Shown here piece after piece: positions 15,001-28,984 of a DNA stretch of 64,000 bases (position 1 is the first letter of the stretch; each line of letters begins with the position of its first letter). This stretch comes from Macrostomum lignano (Eukaryota). The position numbers were made by a program, and so were the translations under genes. Where the stretch lies: positions 1 to 64,000 of the forward strand of contig NIVC01001519.1 in NCBI GenBank assembly GCA_002269645.1, in the 5' to 3' direction. The notes beneath the pieces were generated by a model, which ran no database searches, had not been told where the DNA came from, and saw only the letters and a program-made list of their open reading frames with translations.

Positions 15001-18000
15001 AGATCCCAAGCATCACAGATCCCAAGCATCACAGATCCCAAGCATCACAGATCCCAAGCATCACAGATCCCAAGCATCACAGATCCCAAGCATCACAGAT
15101 CCCAAGCATCACAGATCCCCAAGCATCACAGATCCCAAGCATCACAGATCCCAAGCATCACAGATCCCAAGCATCACAGATCCCCAAGCATCACAGATCC
15201 CAAGCATCACAGATCCCAAGCATCACAGATCCCAAGCATCACAGATCCCCAAGCATCACAGATCCCAAGCATCACAGATCCCAAGCATCACAGATCCCAA
15301 GCATCACAGATCCCAAGCATCACAGATCCCAAGCATCACAGATCCCAAGCATCACAGATCCCCAAGCATCACAGATCCCAAGCATCACAGATCCCAAGCA
15401 TCACAGATCCCAAGCATCACAGATCCCCAAGCATCACAGATCCCAAGCATCACAGATCCCAAGCATCACAGATCCCAAGCATCACAGATCCCCAAGCATC
15501 ACAGATCCCAAGCATCACAGATCCCAAGCATCACAGATCCCAAGCATCACAGATCCCAAGCATCACAGATCCCAAGCATCACAGATCCCAAGCATCACAG
15601 ATCCCAAGCATCACAGATCCCAAGCATCACAGATCCCAAGCATCACAGATCCCAAGCATCACAGATCCCAAGCATCACAGATCCCAAGCATCACAGATCC
15701 CAAGCATCACAGATCCCAAGCATCACAGATCCCAAGCATCACAGATCCCAAGCATCACAGATCCCAAGCATCACAGATCCCAAGCATCACAGATCCCAAG
15801 CATCACAGATCCCAAGCATCACAGATCCCAAGCATCACAGATCCCAAGCATCACAGATCCCAAGCATCACAGATCCCAAGCATCACAGATCCCAAGCATC
15901 ACAGATCCCAAGCATCACAGATCCCAAGCATCACAGATCCCAAGCATCACAGATCCCAAGCATCACAGATCCCAAGCATCACAGATCCCCAAGCATCACA
16001 GATCCCAAGCATCACAGATCCCAAGCATCACAGATCCCAAGCATCACAGATCCCAAGCATCACAGATCCCAAGCATCACAGATCCCAAGCATCACAGATC
16101 CCAAGCATCACAGATCCCAAGCATCACAGATCCCAAGCATCACAGATCCCAAGCATCACAGATCCCAAGCATCACAGATCCCAAGCATCACAGATCCCAA
16201 GCATCACAGATCCCAAGCATCACAGATCCCAAGCATCACAGATCCCAAGCATCACAGATCCCAAGCATCACAGATCCCAAGCATCACAGATCCCAAGCAT
16301 CACAGATCCCAAGCATCACAGATCCCAAGCATCACAGATCCCCAAGCATCACAGATCCCCAAGCATCACAGATCCCAAGCATCACAGATCCCAAGCATCA
16401 CAGATCCCAAGCATCACAGATCCCAAGCATCACAGATCCCAAGCATCACAGATCCCAAGCATCACAGATCCCAAGCATCACAGATCCCAAGCATCACAGA
16501 TCCCCAAGCATCACAGATCCCAAGCATCACAGATCCCAAGCATCACAGATCCCAAGCATCACAGATCCCAAGCATCACAGATCCCAAGCATCACAGATCC
16601 CAAGCATCACAGATCCCAAGCATCACAGATCCCAAGCATCACAGATCCCCAAGCATCACAGATCCAAGCATCACAGATCCCAAGCATCACAGATCCCCAA
16701 GCATCACAGATCCCCAAGCATCACAGATCCCAAGCATCACAGATCCCAAGCATCACAGATCCCAAGCATCACAGATCCCAAGCATCACAGATCCCCAAGC
16801 ATCACAGATCCCAAGCATCACAGATCCCAAGCATCACAGATCCCAAGCATCACAGATCCCCAAGCATCACAGATCCCAAGCATCACAGATCCCAAGCATC
16901 ACAGATCCCAAGCATCACAGATCCCAAGCATCACAGATCCCAAGCATCACAGATCCCAAGCATCACAGATCCCAAGCATCACAGATCCCAAGCATCACAG
17001 ATCCCAAGCATCACAGATCCCAAGCATCACAGATCCCAAGCATCACAGATCCCAAGCATCACAGATCCCCAAGCATCACAGATCCCAAGCATCACAGATC
17101 CCAAGCATCACAGATCCCAAGCATCACAGATCCCCAAGCATCACAGATCCCAAGCATCACAGATCCCAAGCATCACAGATCCCAAGCATCACAGATCCCA
17201 AGCATCACAGATCCCAAGCATCACAGATCCCAAGCATCACAGATCCCAAGCATCACAGATCCCAAGCATCACAGATCCCAAGCATCACAGATCCCAAGCA
17301 TCACAGATCCCAAGCATCACAGATCCCAAGCATCACAGATCCCAAGCATCACAGATCCCAAGCATCACAGATCCCAAGCATCACAGATCCCAAGCATCAC
17401 AGATCCCAAGCATCACAGATCCCAAGCATCACAGATCCCCAAGCATCACAGATCCCAAGCATCACAGATCCCAAGCATCACAGATCCCAAGCATCACAGA
17501 TCCCAAGCATCACAGATCCCAAGCATCACAGATCCCAAGCATCACAGATCCCAAGCATCACAGATCCCAAGCATCACAGATCCCAAGCATCACAGATCCC
17601 AAGCATCACAGATCCCAAGCATCACAGATCCCAAGCATCACAGATCCCAAGCATCACAGATCCCAAGCATCACAGATCCCAAGCATCACAGATCCCAAGC
17701 ATCACAGATCCCCAAGCATCACAGATCCCAAGCATCACAGATCCCCAAGCATCACAGATCCCAAGCATCACAGATCCCAAGCATCACAGATCCCAAGCAT
17801 CACAGATCCCAAGCATCACAGATCCCAAGCATCACAGATCCCAAGCATCACAGATCCCAAGCATCACAGATCCCAAGCATCACAGATCCCAAGCATCACA
17901 GATCCCAAGCATCACAGATCCCAAGCATCACAGATCCCAAGCATCACAGATCCCCAAGCATCACAGATCCCAAGCATCACAGATCCCCAAGCATCACAGA

Positions 18001-21000
18001 TCCCAAGCATCACAGATCCCAAGCATCACAGATCCCAAGCATCACAGATCCCAAGCATCACAGATCCCAAGCATCACAGATCCCAAGCATCACAGATCCC
18101 AAGCATCACAGATCCCCAAGCATCACAGATCCCAAGCATCACAGATCCCAAGCATCACAGATCCCAAGCATCACAGATCCCAAGCATCACAGATCCCAAG
18201 CATCACAGATCCCAAGCATCACAGATCCCCAAGCATCACAGATCCCAAGCATCACAGATCCCAAGCATCACAGATCCCAAGCATCACAGATCCCAAGCAT
18301 CACAGATCCCCAAGCATCACAGATCCCAAGCATCACAGATCCCAAGCATCACAGATCCCAAGCATCACAGATCCCAAGCATCACAGATCCCAAGCATCAC
18401 AGATCCCAAGCATCACAGATCCCAAGCATCACAGATCCCAAGCATCACAGATCCCAAGCATCACAGATCCCAAGCATCACAGATCCCCAAGCATCACAGA
18501 TCCCAAGCATCACAGATCCCAAGCATCACAGATCCCAAGCATCACAGATCCCAAGCATCACAGATCCCAAGCATCACAGATCCCAAGCATCACAGATCCC
18601 AAGCATCACAGATCCCAAGCATCACAGATCCCAAGCATCACAGATCCCAAGCATCACAGATCCCCAAGCATCACAGATCCCAAGCATCACAGATCCCAAG
18701 CATCACAGATCCCAAGCATCACAGATCCCAAGCATCACAGATCCCCAAGCATCACAGATCCCAAGCATCACAGATCCCCAAGCATCACAGATCCCAAGCA
18801 TCACAGATCCCAAGCATCACAGATCCCCAAGCATCACAGATCCCCAAGCATCACAGATCCCAAGCATCACAGATCCCAAGCATCACAGATCCCAAGCATC
18901 ACAGATCCCAAGCATCACAGATCCCAAGCATCACAGATCCCCAAGCATCACAGATCCCAAGCATCACAGATCCCAAGCATCACAGATCCCAAGCATCACA
19001 GATCCCAAGCATCACAGATCCCAAGCATCACAGATCCCAAGCATCACAGATCCCAAGCATCACAGATCCCAAGCATCACAGATCCCAAGCATCACAGATC
19101 CCAAGCATCACAGATCCCAAGCATCACAGATCCCAAGCATCACAGATCCCAAGCATCACAGATCCCAAGCATCACAGATCCCAAGCATCACAGATCCCCA
19201 AGCATCACAGATCCCAAGCATCACAGATCCCAAGCATCACAGATCCCAAGCATCACAGATCCCAAGCATCACAGATCCCAAGCATCACAGATCCCAAGCA
19301 TCACAGATCCCAAGCATCACAGATCCCAAGCATCACAGATCCCAAGCATCACAGATCCCCAAGCATCACAGATCCCCAAGCATCACAGATCCCAAGCATC
19401 ACAGATCCCAAGCATCACAGATCCCAAGCATCACAGATCCCAAGCATCACAGATCCCCAAGCATCACAGATCCCAAGCATCACAGATCCCAAGCATCACA
19501 GATCCCCAAGCATCACAGATCCCCAAGCATCACAGATCCCAAGCATCACAGATCCCAAGCATCACAGATCCCAAGCATCACAGATCCCAAGCATCACAGA
19601 TCCCAAGCATCACAGATCCCCAAGCATCACAGATCCCCAAGCATCACAGATCCCCAAGCATCACAGATCCCCAAGCATCACAGATCCCAAGCATCACAGA
19701 TCCCAAGCATCACAGATCCCCAAGCATCACAGATCCCAAGCATCACAGATCCCAAGCATCACAGATCCCCAAGCATCACAGATCCCAAGCATCACAGATC
19801 CCAAGCATCACAGATCCCAAGCATCACAGATCCCAAGCATCACAGATCCCAAGCATCACAGATCCCAAGCATCACAGATCCCAAGCATCACAGATCCCAA
19901 GCATCACAGATCCCAAGCATCACAGATCCCAAGCATCACAGATCCCCAAGCATCACAGATCCCAAGCATCACAGATCCCAAGCATCACAGATCCCAAGCA
20001 TCACAGATCCCAAGCATCACAGATCCCAAGCATCACAGATCCCAAGCATCACAGATCCCAAGCATCACAGATCCCAAGCATCACAGATCCCAAGCATCAC
20101 AGATCCCAAGCATCACAGATCCCAAGCATCACAGATCCCAAGCATCACAGATCCCCAAGCATCACAGATCCCCAAGCATCACAGATCCCAAGCATCACAG
20201 ATCCCCAAGCATCACAGATCCCAAGCATCACAGATCCCAAGCATCACAGATCCCAAGCATCACAGATCCCAAGCATCACAGATCCCAAGCATCACAGATC
20301 CCAAGCATCACAGATCCCCAAGCATCACAGATCCCAAGCATCACAGATCCCAAGCATCACAGATCCCAAGCATCACAGATCCCAAGCATCACAGATCCCC
20401 AAGCATCACAGATCCCAAGCATCACAGATCCCAAGCATCACAGATCCCAAGCATCACAGATCCCAAGCATCACAGATCCCAAGCATCACAGATCCCAAGC
20501 ATCACAGATCCCAAGCATCACAGATCCCCAAGCATCACAGATCCCAAGCATCACAGATCCCAAGCATCACAGATCCCAAGCATCACAGATCCCAAGCATC
20601 ACAGATCCCAAGCATCACAGATCCCCAAGCATCACAGATCCCAAGCATCACAGATCCCAAGCATCACAGATCCCAAGCATCACAGATCCCCAAGCATCAC
20701 AGATCCCCAAGCATCACAGATCCCAAGCATCACAGATCCCAAGCATCACAGATCCCCAAGCATCACAGATCCCAAGCATCACAGATCCCAAGCATCACAG
20801 ATCCCAAGCATCACAGATCCCCAAGCATCACAGATCCCAAGCATCACAGATCCCAAGCATCACAGATCCCAAGCATCACAGATCCCAAGCATCACAGATC
20901 CCAAGCATCACAGATCCCAAGCATCACAGATCCCCAAGCATCACAGATCCCAAGCATCACAGATCCCAAGCATCACAGATCCCAAGCATCACAGATCCCA

Positions 21001-23912
21001 AGCATCACAGATCCCAAGCATCACAGATCCCCAAGCATCACAGATCCCAAGCATCACAGATCCCAAGCATCACAGATCCCAAGCATCACAGATCCCCAAG
21101 CATCACAGATCCCAAGCATCACAGATCCCAAGCATCACAGATCCCAAGCATCACAGATCCCCAAGCATCACAGATCCCAAGCATCACAGATCCCAAGCAT
21201 CACAGATCCCAAGCATCACAGATCCCAAGCATCACAGATCCCCAAGCATCACAGATCCCAAGCATCACAGATCCCAAGCATCACAGATCCCAAGCATCAC
21301 AGATCCCAAGCATCACAGATCCCAAGCATCACAGATCCCAAGCATCACAGATCCCAAGCATCACAGATCCCAAGCATCACAGATCCCAAGCATCACAGAT
21401 CCCAAGCATCACAGATCCCCAAGCATCACAGATCCCAAGCATCACAGATCCCAAGCATCACAGATCCCAAGCATCACAGATCCCCAAGCATCACAGATCC
21501 CAAGCATCACAGATCCCCAAGCATCACAGATCCCAAGCATCACAGATCCCAAGCATCACAGATCCCAAGCATCACAGATCCCAAGCATCACAGATCCCCA
21601 AGCATCACAGATCCCCAAGCATCACAGATCCCAAGCATCACAGATCCCAAGCATCACAGATCCCAAGCATCACAGATCCCAAGCATCACAGATCCCAAGC
21701 ATCACAGATCCCAAGCATCACAGATCCCCAAGCATCACAGATCCCAAGCATCACAGATCCCAAGCATCACAGATCCCCAAGCATCACAGATCCCAAGCAT
21801 CACAGATCCCCAAGCATCACAGATCCCAAGCATCACAGATCCCAAGCATCACAGATCCCAAGCATCACAGATCCCCAAGCATCACAGATCCCCAAGCAAG
21901 CATCACAGATCCCAAGCATCACAGATCCCCAAGCATCACAGATCCCCAAGCATCACAGATCCCAAGCATCACAGATCCCAAGCATCACAGATCCCCAAGC
22001 ATCACAGATCCCAAGCATCACAGATCCCCAAGCATCACAGATCCCAAGCATCACAGATCCTCAAGCATCACAGATCCCCAAGCATCACAGATCCCCAAGC
22101 ATCACAGATCCCCAAGCATCACAGATCCCAAGCATCACAGATCCTCAAGCATCACAGATCCCAAGCATCACAGATCCCCAAGCATCACAGATCCCAAGCA
22201 TCACAGATCCCAAGCATCACAGATCCCCAAGCATCACAGATCCCCAAGCATCACAGATCCCCAAGCATCACAGATCCCAAGCATCACAGATCCCAAGCAT
22301 CACAGATCCCAAGCATCACAGATCCCAAGCATCACAGATCCCAAGCATCACAGATCCCCAAGCATCACAGATCCCCAAGCATCACAGATCCCAAGCATCA
22401 CAGATCCCAAGCATCACAGATCCCCAAGCATCACAGATCCCAAGCATCACAGATCCCAAGCATCACAGATCCCCAAGCATCACAGATCCCCAAGCATCAC
22501 AGATCCCAAGCATCACAGATCCCCAAGCATCACAGATCCCAAGCATCACAGATCCCAAGCATCACAGATCCCCAAGCATCACAGATCCCCAAGCATCACA
22601 GATCCCAAGCATCACAGATCCCAAGCATCACAGATCCCCAAGCATCACAGATCCCCAAGCATCACAGATCCCCAAGCATCACAGATCCAAGCATCACAAG
22701 CATCACAGATCCCCAAGCATCACAGATCCCAAGCATCACAGATCCCAAGCATCACAGATCCCAAGCATCACAGATCCCAAGCATCACAGATCCCAAGCAT
22801 CACAGATCCCCAAGCATCACAGATCCCCAAGCATCACAGATCAAGCATCACAGATCCAAGCATCACAGATCCCAAGCATCACAGATCCCCAAGCATCACA
22901 GATCCCCAAGCATCACAGATCCCCAAGCATCACAGATCCCCAAGCATCACAGATCCCAAGCATCACAGATCCCAAGCATCACAGATCCCCAAGCATCACA
23001 GATCCCAAGCATCACAGATCCCCAAGCATCACAGATCCCAAGCATCACAGATCCCAAGCATCACAGATCCCAAGCATCACAGATCCCCAAGCATCACAGA
23101 TCCCCAAGCATCACAGATCCTCAAGCATCACAGATCCCCAAGCATCACAGATCCCCAAGCATCACAGATCCCCAAGCATCACAGATCTCCAAGTATAACA
23201 GATCCTCAAGCATCACAGATCCCCAAGCATCACAGATCCCAAGCATCACAGATCCCCAAGCATCACAGATCCTCAAGCATCACAGATCCCCAAGCATCAC
23301 AGATCCCCAAGCATCACAGATCCCCAAGCATCACAGATCCCAAGCATCACAGATCCCCAAGCATCACAGATCCCCAAGCATCACAGATCCCCAAGCATCA
23401 CAGATCCCCAAGCATCACAGATCCCCAAGCATCACAGATCCCCAAGCATCACAGATCCCCAAGCATCACAGATCCCCAAGCATCACAGATCCCCAAGCAT
23501 CACAGATCCCCAAGCATCACAGATCCCCAAGCATCACAGATCCCAAGCATCACAGATCCCCAAGCATCACAGATCCCCAAGCATCACAGATCCCAAGCAT
23601 CACAGATCCCCAAGCATCACAGATCCCAAGCATCAACAGATCCCAAGCATCACAGATCCCCAAGCATCACAGATCCCCAAGCATCACAGATCCCCAAGCA
23701 TCACAGATCCCCAAGCATCACAGATCCCCAAGCATCACAGATCCCCAAGCATCACAGATCCCCAAGCATCACAGATCCCCAAGCATCACAGATCCCCAAG
23801 CATCACAGATCCCCAAGCATCACAGATCCCCAAGCATCACAGATCCCCAAGCATCACAGATCCCCAAGCATCACAGATCCCAAGCATCACAGATCTCCAA
23901 GTATAACAGATC
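1..23912. repeat. Large tandem satellite, unit AAGCATCACAGATCCC (16 bp) with a 17-bp CCCC variant; roughly 1,450-1,500 copies (estimated from length); runs off the left edge of the window
   Basis: Uninterrupted tandem repetition from base 1. It ends at ...AGATCTCCAAGTATAACAGATC (23912). Variants are CC, CCC, CCCC and CCTC. Confidence 0.99.
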
Positions 23913-24208
23913 TGTAAAAATCTGTCAAGCTAAATTTCTGTGGTCCCTTCTGTGCGATTGTTTACGTGTTGACAATCTGTTGTAATGCCAGTGTAATGAA
24001 TTCTTAAATTGTCGGTTCACTGTTCAGTTTCGGCAGCCACATCAGCATTTCAGTAATTAGCATTAGGCTTAGGTAGTGTCGTGTCTTGAGAGATTTGCAA
24101 TCGGTTTGGTTTAACCTTCTTAATACAGTGTGTGCTTTTGCTGACTGCAATTTCCGCTTTGCATTACTAGCACGCAAAAAGACACACGCAAAAAATCATG
24201 GACAAAAA

Positions 24209-24590
24209 TGCCCATGAGAAATAGCCTATCAGATATCCATGAGAAATACCCTGGCAGATACCCATGAGTAATACCATATCAGCTGTCTATGAGAAATACC
24301 CTGTCAGATCTCCATAAGAAATACCCTAGAAGATACCCCTGAGAAATACCCTGAGAGATGCCTATGAGAAATACCCTATCAGATGCCCATGAGAAATACC
24401 CTGGGAAATACCCATGAGAAATACCATATCAGATGTCTACGAGAAATACCCTATCAGATGCCCATGAGAAATACCATATCAGATACCCATGAGAAATACC
24501 CTATAAGATATCCATGAGAAATACCCTATAAGATACCCATGAGAAATATCCTATCAGATGTCAATGAAAAATACCCTGGGAGATACCCTG
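24209..24590. repeat. Degenerate ~25-bp minisatellite (CCATGAGAAATACCCTATCAGATGC-like), about 14 copies
   Basis: Recurrent ATGAGAAATACC every ~25 bp just upstream of the SEC14-like acceptor. Confidence 0.9.
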
Positions 24591-24632
24591 GGAGTTTACA
24601 TCTCTCTCATGCCCCCAACCGCTCATCACAAG

Positions 24633-25086
24633 GTCGGCCACTCGCGAGGAGCTGATCCGCGGCCGAATCTACGTGTCCGAGTGGACCTGCCGACGCCTGA
24701 TGCCCCGACGCCGGGCTGCCACGGGCCGGGCGATCTACCAGCTGACGGTGGTGTACGACTTCGCCGAATTCGGCCGCCGGCAAATGTGGCCACCGTCGCT
24801 GGATTTGTTCCTAGAGCTGACCAGAATTTGTGAGGCCAATTATCCCGAGACCATGGGATTAGCGCTGGTTATTAACGCCCCGTCGCTGTTCCCGGCTCTG
24901 TTCAACATGCTGAAACCGCTGCTGCACAAGGACACTCAGAGTAAAATCCACGTGCTTGGCGACAATTATCAGGAGCTGCTGCGGCAGTACATTGCGCCAG
25001 ACCAGCTGCCCGTCTGCTACGGCGGCACGAGGCGGGATCCCGACGGAGACCCCACCTGCTCTTCGTGCATCTGCTATGGCGGACAG
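24633..25086 (+). CDS. SEC14L: SEC14-like lipid-transfer protein, internal coding exon (C-terminal half of the CRAL-TRIO domain); earlier exons lie outside the window
   Basis: Acceptor ACAAG|G at 24632 and donor CAG|GTGAGG at 25086. Translation [13 protein letters not shown]...[28 protein letters not shown]...LPVCYGG...CYGGQ matches CRAL-TRIO motifs (YPE, INAP, LP..YGG). Confidence 0.92.
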
Positions 25087-25096
25087 GTGAGGCTGG

Positions 25097-25277
25097 GTCT
25101 GCCTGTCTGCCTGTCTATGTCTCTGTGTGTCTGCCTGTCTGCCTGTATGTGTCTCTGTGTGTCTGCCTGTCTGTCTGTCTGCCTGTCTTTGTGTCTCTGT
25201 GTGTCTGTCTGTCTGTCTGTCTGTCTGCCTGTCTGTGTCTCTCTGTGTGTCTGCCTGTCTTTCTGTCTGTCTGTCTC

Positions 25278-25320
<43 letters not shown>

Positions 25321-25389
25321 GCCTGCCTGTCTGTCAGCCTGTCTGTTTATCTCTGTGTGTCTGTCTTAGTATCTGTCTGTCTGTCTTAG

Positions 25390-25434
<45 letters not shown>

Positions 25435-25625
25435 GCCTGCCTGTCTGTCAGCCTGTCTGTTTATCTCTGTGTGTCTGTCTTAGTGTCTGTCTGTCTGTCT
25501 TAGTGTCTGTCTGTCTGTCTGTCTGTCTTAGTCTCTGTCTGTCTGTCTGTCTGTCTGTCTGCCTGTCTTTCTGTCTGTCTGTCTGTCTGGCTGTCTGTCT
25601 GCCTATCTATGCCTGTCTGGGTCTG
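25097..25625. repeat. (TCTG)n microsatellite, imperfect
   Basis: Direct reading; it is the source of the spurious SVCL-repeat ORFs. Confidence 0.97.
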
Positions 25626-26012
25626 ATGTGTATATATTAGCCGAATAAACACGGGAACGTTTTGTAGCATTGGAATTTTGAATCCGTATATAATTTGGTA
25701 ATGCTTTTTTGCAGTTCTCAAGATAGTCAGCTATTATCTGCTAAGCATTTTCACTGTAGCTTGCATTCTGAACTTATTTTGCTTTCGTCTTTGGTATGCG
25801 GCCTTTAGAGATCTGGTAGTATTTCCCATTTTTTTCTGAAGAATATTTATACACATACGTGTTCTTGGCTTCTCATTCTGCCCATTTTAACTTCAACAGC
25901 TCCAGGTGTTTCTTACTATCCGCACAGTTATACAGCTCTATCTGTAGAACTGTAAACACAGGTGTCTGACTTAATCAATAATAGCTAAGATCCCGCATTG
26001 CTAATCAATCTA

Positions 26013-27184
26013 CGAGGGGTGTCTCAGAAGTAGTGTCACTTTTGCTTGCTTCCACAAGTATTAATGCGTGTAAAAAAAACATATGCCTTAAAAGTTAGCG
26101 GCTTATTTTCGCTTTCATGTCAATAAAGTCCGATTTTTATAAGTGCTTCCTGCTGTAAGCAGCATGCATTTGTTCGCATACCCTTGGCCATAGAAATACA
26201 CACCGCATAGTGCTTCTATGCTCACTCAGAAGAAAGCCACAAGTAGAGCTGATCAAGCACAGAGTTGCAAGACAGCAGCTACAAGATTTGTTCCAGTCAT
26301 GGACCCTAACATTCACTCTACAGAAGGGCAGAGACATGCAATTTTTACACTTTGGAGTCTTGGTCAGAAATGCCCTGATATTCACGAAAACCTGACCCGC
26401 ATTCACGGTCCCGATTCCATCAGTCGACGAACAGTTTACAGGTGGATCGAACAGTTCGAGGCTGGCTGTAGATATCAAATGCCAACCACCTTTGGGTAAG
26501 TTGGCAAAACATACTGCCGGCCAGCCTCGAACTACTGTCTTGCAACTCTGTGCTTGATCAGCTGTACTTGTGGCTTTCTTCTGAGTGAGCATAGAAGCAC
26601 TACACCATTTTACCCTCGATTTTGAACAAGGAGAACTTCGAAACCGACAAACTCCTCTTCAATATTGACACTCTATGGTCGGGCACTCAAAATCTACAAT
26701 CAATATTGACAGATCAAGCTTCAATTTTGACAAACTCTTGTTCAATTTTGACAAAACACATTTAGTCAGCTTGTCCTTGGAGAAATCGGTAACAAAGTAA
26801 TCCCATGAAAGCCTGAAAGGGGGGAAAGTTATCTGTGCAAAATCAGCTCATTCTGACCTTGTTTTTGGGATCTACAAGTATTGATAAAATTTATTTTCCT
26901 TCATCCTCTTACACACAGAGACTAAAATAGCCTGACTGGTGGGCCGCAAAGTCCGATTCTATTTTGACAGAGTTGGTTCAAAACTGACACTCTATGGTTT
27001 GTGTACCCCGAAAGTCCGCTTCATTTTTGACAACTCCTAATCAATATTGAACAGTTTACAATCCGTTAACTTAACTACGTTAACTTAAAAGTTAAAGCCG
27101 TTAACTTTTAAGGCATATGATTTTTTAACACACATTAATACTTGGAAGCAAGCAAAAGTGACACTACTTCTGGGACACCCCTCG
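26013..27184 (+). mobile_element. Internally deleted mariner-type DNA transposon with ~90-bp TIRs, TA target duplication and a transposase N-terminal HTH remnant
   Basis: TA|CGAGGGGTGTCTCAGAAGTAGTGTCACTTTTGCTTGCTTCCA at 26011 has an inverted copy ending ...GACACCCCTCG|TA at 27186 (1 mismatch in the first 42 bp). Internal peptide DIHENLTRIHGPDSISRRTVYRWIEQFEAG resembles the mariner HTH. Confidence 0.9.
26299..26499 (+). pseudogene. Truncated mariner transposase (HTH DNA-binding segment only, 66-codon ORF)
   Basis: MDPNIHSTEGQRHAIFTLWSLGQKCPDIHENLTRIHGPDSISRRTVYRWIEQFEAG...; no DDD catalytic domain follows. Confidence 0.75.
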
Positions 27185-27379
27185 TAAATCAGTATAGTTG
27201 CAGCGCTCACCTATCTGCGCCAGGGCTTGCATTAGCTGCTAGTGGAATGCTGAGCGAAGTCTAACAAACATACTTGCACTAAAAGCATAAATACATATAC
27301 GTACATTTGTGCTTGTGTGCGCGTTGCCGATCTTAAACGGCTATGAGATGATCTGAAACTGTTGCTCCAGCTTGCTATT

Positions 27380-27893
<514 letters not shown>

Positions 27894-28024
27894 CGCGCGC
27901 TCGTATGTGCTCAGGAGTCAGCTGAACGGGCAGAATTGCCGTCAGCGCTGGTTGTGGGACCATGTCTCTGAAGGTGTTGCGCAAGGATGCCCCACAGCCA
28001 TCCCGCCCACCTCGGTGTTCGCAG

Positions 28025-28705
28025 GTTCCATCCGAATACTACCTGCGGCCTCTGAATGCCGACAAGCTCATCCAGTCCTCGGTCGGCCGCCGCTCCGCCC
28101 TGAAAGTGGACCTGACCGTGAAGCCGGGCGAGGCGCCAGTCAATCTGGACTGGGAATTCGTCACCGAGGAAGGCGACATCGGCTTTGAAGTGTACCTGCA
28201 GGGCAGCAACGGCAACGGCGCCGGCCCGGAGTCGACTGATCAGCAGCAACGGCAGTACATTGTCCAGCTAGGCCGCGTTGAAAGCGACATTCGACCAATC
28301 AGCGGCAGTGTGGTCTGCCAGCTGCCTGGCACTTACATTGTCAAATTCGACAACGGGCACAGCTGGACTCGGTCTAAGAAGCTCAGCTATTACCTGGAAC
28401 TGCGGCCAACCAATGGCGATCAATCCCTGCTGCAGCTGCCATTTGCCGACTGTCATCCGAAACGTCGCCGTGGCGGCGTCCGGCTTCGATTTGTGCCGCC
28501 GGAGGATGCGCCGACGCCGACGCCGAGCAGTCTGTCCGCCTCCGCGTCTGCCGCCTCCGTTGAGCTGCCGGCGCCGCCGCCGCCGCCCCCGCCGCCTCAG
28601 ACTGCCATTCACACCGGCAGTAATAGTCGGGGTCTGACGCGACAGGAGAGCCAGGAGAGCTTTCACACGGCTTGTTCGCATCTCTCCGACACGGAATCTT
28701 CGTAA
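28025..28705 (+). CDS. SEC14L: SEC14-like protein, last coding exon: GOLD domain plus a Pro/Ser-rich C-terminal tail
   Basis: Acceptor TTCGCAG|GTTCCA gives an in-frame join GGQ|VPSEYYL, the typical SEC14L linker. GOLD motifs [12 protein letters not shown] and [22 protein letters not shown] are present; TAA at 28703-28705. Confidence 0.92.
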   Translation, partial: VPSEYYLRPLNADKLIQSSVGRRSALKVDLTVKPGEAPVNLDWEFVTEEGDIGFEVYLQGSNGNGAGPESTDQQQRQYIVQLGRVESDIRPISGSVVCQLPGTYIVKFDNGHSWTRSKKLSYYLELRPTNGDQSLLQLPFADCHPKRRRGGVRLRFVPPEDAPTPTPSSLSASASAASVELPAPPPPPPPPQTAIHTGSNSRGLTRQESQESFHTACSHLSDTESS

Positions 28706-28984
28706 CTGGCTTACTAATCCAACTGGCATGGAGACTGCAGATTCTGGAATTAGTTAAATATATCACTCGGAAAAGATGCGATTTTCAGTAGCAAAATTAG
28801 CGCTTTTTGTGCCGTTTTACAGTACATTTTAAAGTTTTTGCAGCCGCTTTTGGCTCTACAGACAGACCCATTAAATTAGCACTTGGCAGACTAACGATTG
28901 CACGAAAGCTTAAAAAGCCAAATCCAGTGCGTGTGCAAAGCGATCAAGAAAGAAAAGGGGTTTGGCCTTCCTCTTGCCCGCTTG

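Noticed and set aside
1-23912. Telomeric array (C-rich strand at the left end) or CRISPR array
   Set aside because: There are no unique spacers, the unit is not a TTAGGG-like telomere repeat, and the adjacent internal exon implies more gene sequence to the left.
27915-27971. Alternative SEC14L acceptor at GCTCAG|GAGTCA
   Set aside because: It leads to an in-frame stop after 18 codons; the 28025 acceptor restores the conserved GGQ|VP linker.
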